Source: Planctomycetota bacterium (lineage in GTDB: Bacteria; Planctomycetota; UBA1135; UBA2386). Taken from it: a stretch of 64,000 bases of DNA. The notes beneath the pieces are model-generated. The model was not told the origin of the DNA. It was given only the letters and a program-made list of their open reading frames with translations, and did not search any database. The position numbers and the translations under genes are program-made. The DNA lies in the NCBI GenBank assembly GCA_965228735.1, contig OZ245838.1:1280001-1344000 (forward strand), written 5' to 3'. Positions 62,155 through 64,000 of this stretch are shown one piece after another (position 1 is the first letter of the stretch; each line of letters starts with the position of its first letter).

Positions 62155-62828
62155 GCCTTCGTCAGCATGGGCGCCACCAGTGCTGAGAACCGTTGGATTG
62201 GCTCCCTGTTGGGCACCGTGCAACTCATCGCCATCAGACTATCGGGCTTGACGCGCTGGTGACTCGTAGACGTTCCAATCGCCAACCCCCCGAACTGGCC
62301 AGCGAACTCCTCTGACAGGCATTTGGCATAGAGGAACTCGCGCGTCACCGCGTGCACGGGATCAAGCACCAGGAACTCGGTCGACGTGATCGCCTCGGCC
62401 TGCTTCACGAGCTCCTCGACGATGCTCTTACCGAAGGGCAGCAGGCTGCGCAGAGCCGCGAACGCTGCCGACCGGCACTGGCGAGCCCTTGATCGCCCGA
62501 AGGAGTGTGTCCAAGCGGTCCTCCTCGCCTTCCTCGCGTTCGTCCTGTTCCGATTGTTCCTGGTCGTGATCGGACCCGACTGCGATCCGACCCTGATCCG
62601 ACTCGGTGTCCGGTCCGGTTGCGACTCCGACGACAGTCGTGTCGGGGATGGGGGCGTCCGGAGACGCCCCATCCGACCCGACTCGGAGTCCCCCTATAGG
62701 GGCGGGTTCGCCGCCATCAGAACTGTCAGGTGGCCTTGGACGGTGCGATGGCAGGGGTTGACGGGGTCCCGAAAGACACGTCAGCTAACAGTTCGAAGTG
62801 GGAACATCCCACGTCCCAGGAGGAAGCC

Positions 62829-63418
62829 ATGCCGCGGATCGTGTTGCTGGTGCTGATCGTTGTGTTCTCGCTGTGTCTGGCCAATCCTCAGCCATTGCGG
62901 GCTCAGGGCGCGTGGAACGTGGCTTTCGACCATGTCCCCAACGGAGCGAATGTGCATCCGTCGTCGGATTCGATCGCCAACCCCGGTCGATGGATCACGC
63001 AGAACCCGACGGTGCCGAATGGACCTTCCCCGACGCCGGGCCAGGGGATGAACACCGTGCATGTGTGCCTGATCCCGTCCGGCGTTCATCGCGGCGAGGT
63101 GCTGGTCTGGGACGGCAACCTGTTCAACTACGGGACTCGAGCCTACCAGCCGTGGGCGATCGTGAATCCCTACTGGCCGTCGCTCAACCCGAACTCCTGG
63201 CCGGGGCAGTCGGCCACCCAGTATCGGTTCCACAACGCGACGCTTCAGATGCCGCCGGGGCAGGGCGAGATGTTCTGTGCCGGCCAAGACTGGATGGCGG
63301 ACGGCCGGCTGCTGGTCGCTGGAGGCACGAAGGAGTATCCGCTACAGAACCAGACCCCCACGACGAACGGCGGCTTCATCGGCACGCGCTTCGTTTACCA
63401 GTGGGATCCCGTGCCGAC
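62829..63418 (+). pseudogene. Secreted galactose-oxidase/kelch-like protein truncated by an IS
   Basis: Signal peptide; MFCAGQDWMADGRLLVAGG; frame ends just after a probable IS end. Confidence 0.65.
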
Positions 63419-64000
63419 GGTAGTGCAGCATGCGTTCTGTAAACCGCCCGAGGCAGCTTGACGCAGTCGGCGGTGGTCGTCGCGGTCGGTCTGGGCGCTG
63501 CACCCTGGGTGCAGTGGCCAGGCCGACCGCGACGACCACCGCCGGCGCGGACGGATGCTTCAAGTCGGCGAGTCACGACGCTCAGCTTTTGTTAACCACA
63601 ACGAAAGCAGAACGAAGTGACCCACCAATCCGAAAGTAGCACGCTCGACACCGTCTTGGAATCCATCGCAACGCAGGGTCTGGGAGGGATCGCGGACGCG
63701 ATCCGCGTCCTCGTGAACGAGGCCATGAAGATCGAGCGATCCGCGTTCCTGGGCGCCGGTCCAAACGAGCGTACCGAGTCACGACGGGGCTACGCCAACG
63801 GCTTCAAGCCGAAGACCGTGGCGACTCGCGTCGGCGCGATCGAGTTCGCCGTCCCGCAGGTCCGCGAGGCCGTCGACGGCGAACGCTTCTATCCGACGGC
63901 ACTCGAACGCGGGATTCGCTCGGAGCGCGCCCTGAAGCTCGCGGTCGCCGAGATGTACGTCCAGGGCGTCTCGACCCGCAAGGTCGCCGCGATCACCGAG
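63419..64000 (+). mobile_element. Second IS256-family element (left part only)
   Basis: GGTAGTGCAGCATGCGTTCTGTAA as probable left TIR, followed by a transposase. Confidence 0.75.
63617..64000 (+). CDS. IS256-family transposase, N-terminal part (not in the ORF track)
   Basis: GTG start; RRGYANGFKPKTV.TRVG....VPQVR...AEMYVQGVSTRKV. Confidence 0.9.
   Translation, partial: MTHQSESSTLDTVLESIATQGLGGIADAIRVLVNEAMKIERSAFLGAGPNERTESRRGYANGFKPKTVATRVGAIEFAVPQVREAVDGERFYPTALERGIRSERALKLAVAEMYVQGVSTRKVAAITE

Larger units (their letters stand above)
60686..62400 (-). pseudogene. hsdS: Type I specificity subunit S, C-terminal fragment split by IS256
   Basis: STEFLVL...GTSTSHQRVKP...PMLTKA [IS] EVLR...NLRRTRDLLLPRLLSGQIDV; 5' boundary approximate. 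Confidence 0.85.
55796..64000. mobile_element. Second tRNA-Leu-linked genomic island, decayed; right end not seen in the window
   Basis: Integrase next to the tRNA, broken R-M genes, IS elements; no attR found. Confidence 0.75.

Noticed and set aside
62765..62771. Second cosQ-like GGGTCCC
   Set aside because: No cosN-like context or terminase gene nearby; expected by chance

Overview
High-GC bacterial chromosome segment, probably Planctomycetota (inferred from a DUF1580-like gene, a planctomycete-style integrase and an FG-GAP/ASPIC protein). (1) 386-17800 is a complete ~17.4 kb element integrated in tRNA-Leu(CAA), bounded by a 55-bp direct repeat. It encodes an integrase, several excisionase/AlpA-like HTH proteins, a Rep-like protein with internal tandem repeats, a lambda-like cos candidate, a Nu1-like small terminase, an S49 protease-scaffold, a short capsid-cement-like protein, a tape-measure protein and an Ogr-like zinc finger. 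No major capsid, portal, large terminase or other tail gene is recognisable. This is the best candidate for an undescribed system: a phage satellite that may remodel helper heads and tails. It also carries a reverse-strand defence-like cassette (membrane protein, HEPN, HigBA, AbiU2-like HEPN, PD-(D/E)XK nuclease). (2) 17.8-55.7 kb is core genome: truncated globin, secreted hydrolases, ddl, ROK kinase, rpmF-plsX-fabH-fabG-acpP-fabF, alaS, recA, ClC, gcvP and an amino-sugar trio. (3) From 55.7 kb to the end is a second, decayed island at tRNA-Leu(TAG): integrase, broken type I R-M genes, one complete IS256-family element with an 8-bp target duplication, a truncated galactose-oxidase-like gene and the start of a second IS256. 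All family assignments come from motifs read by eye; no database searches were run.
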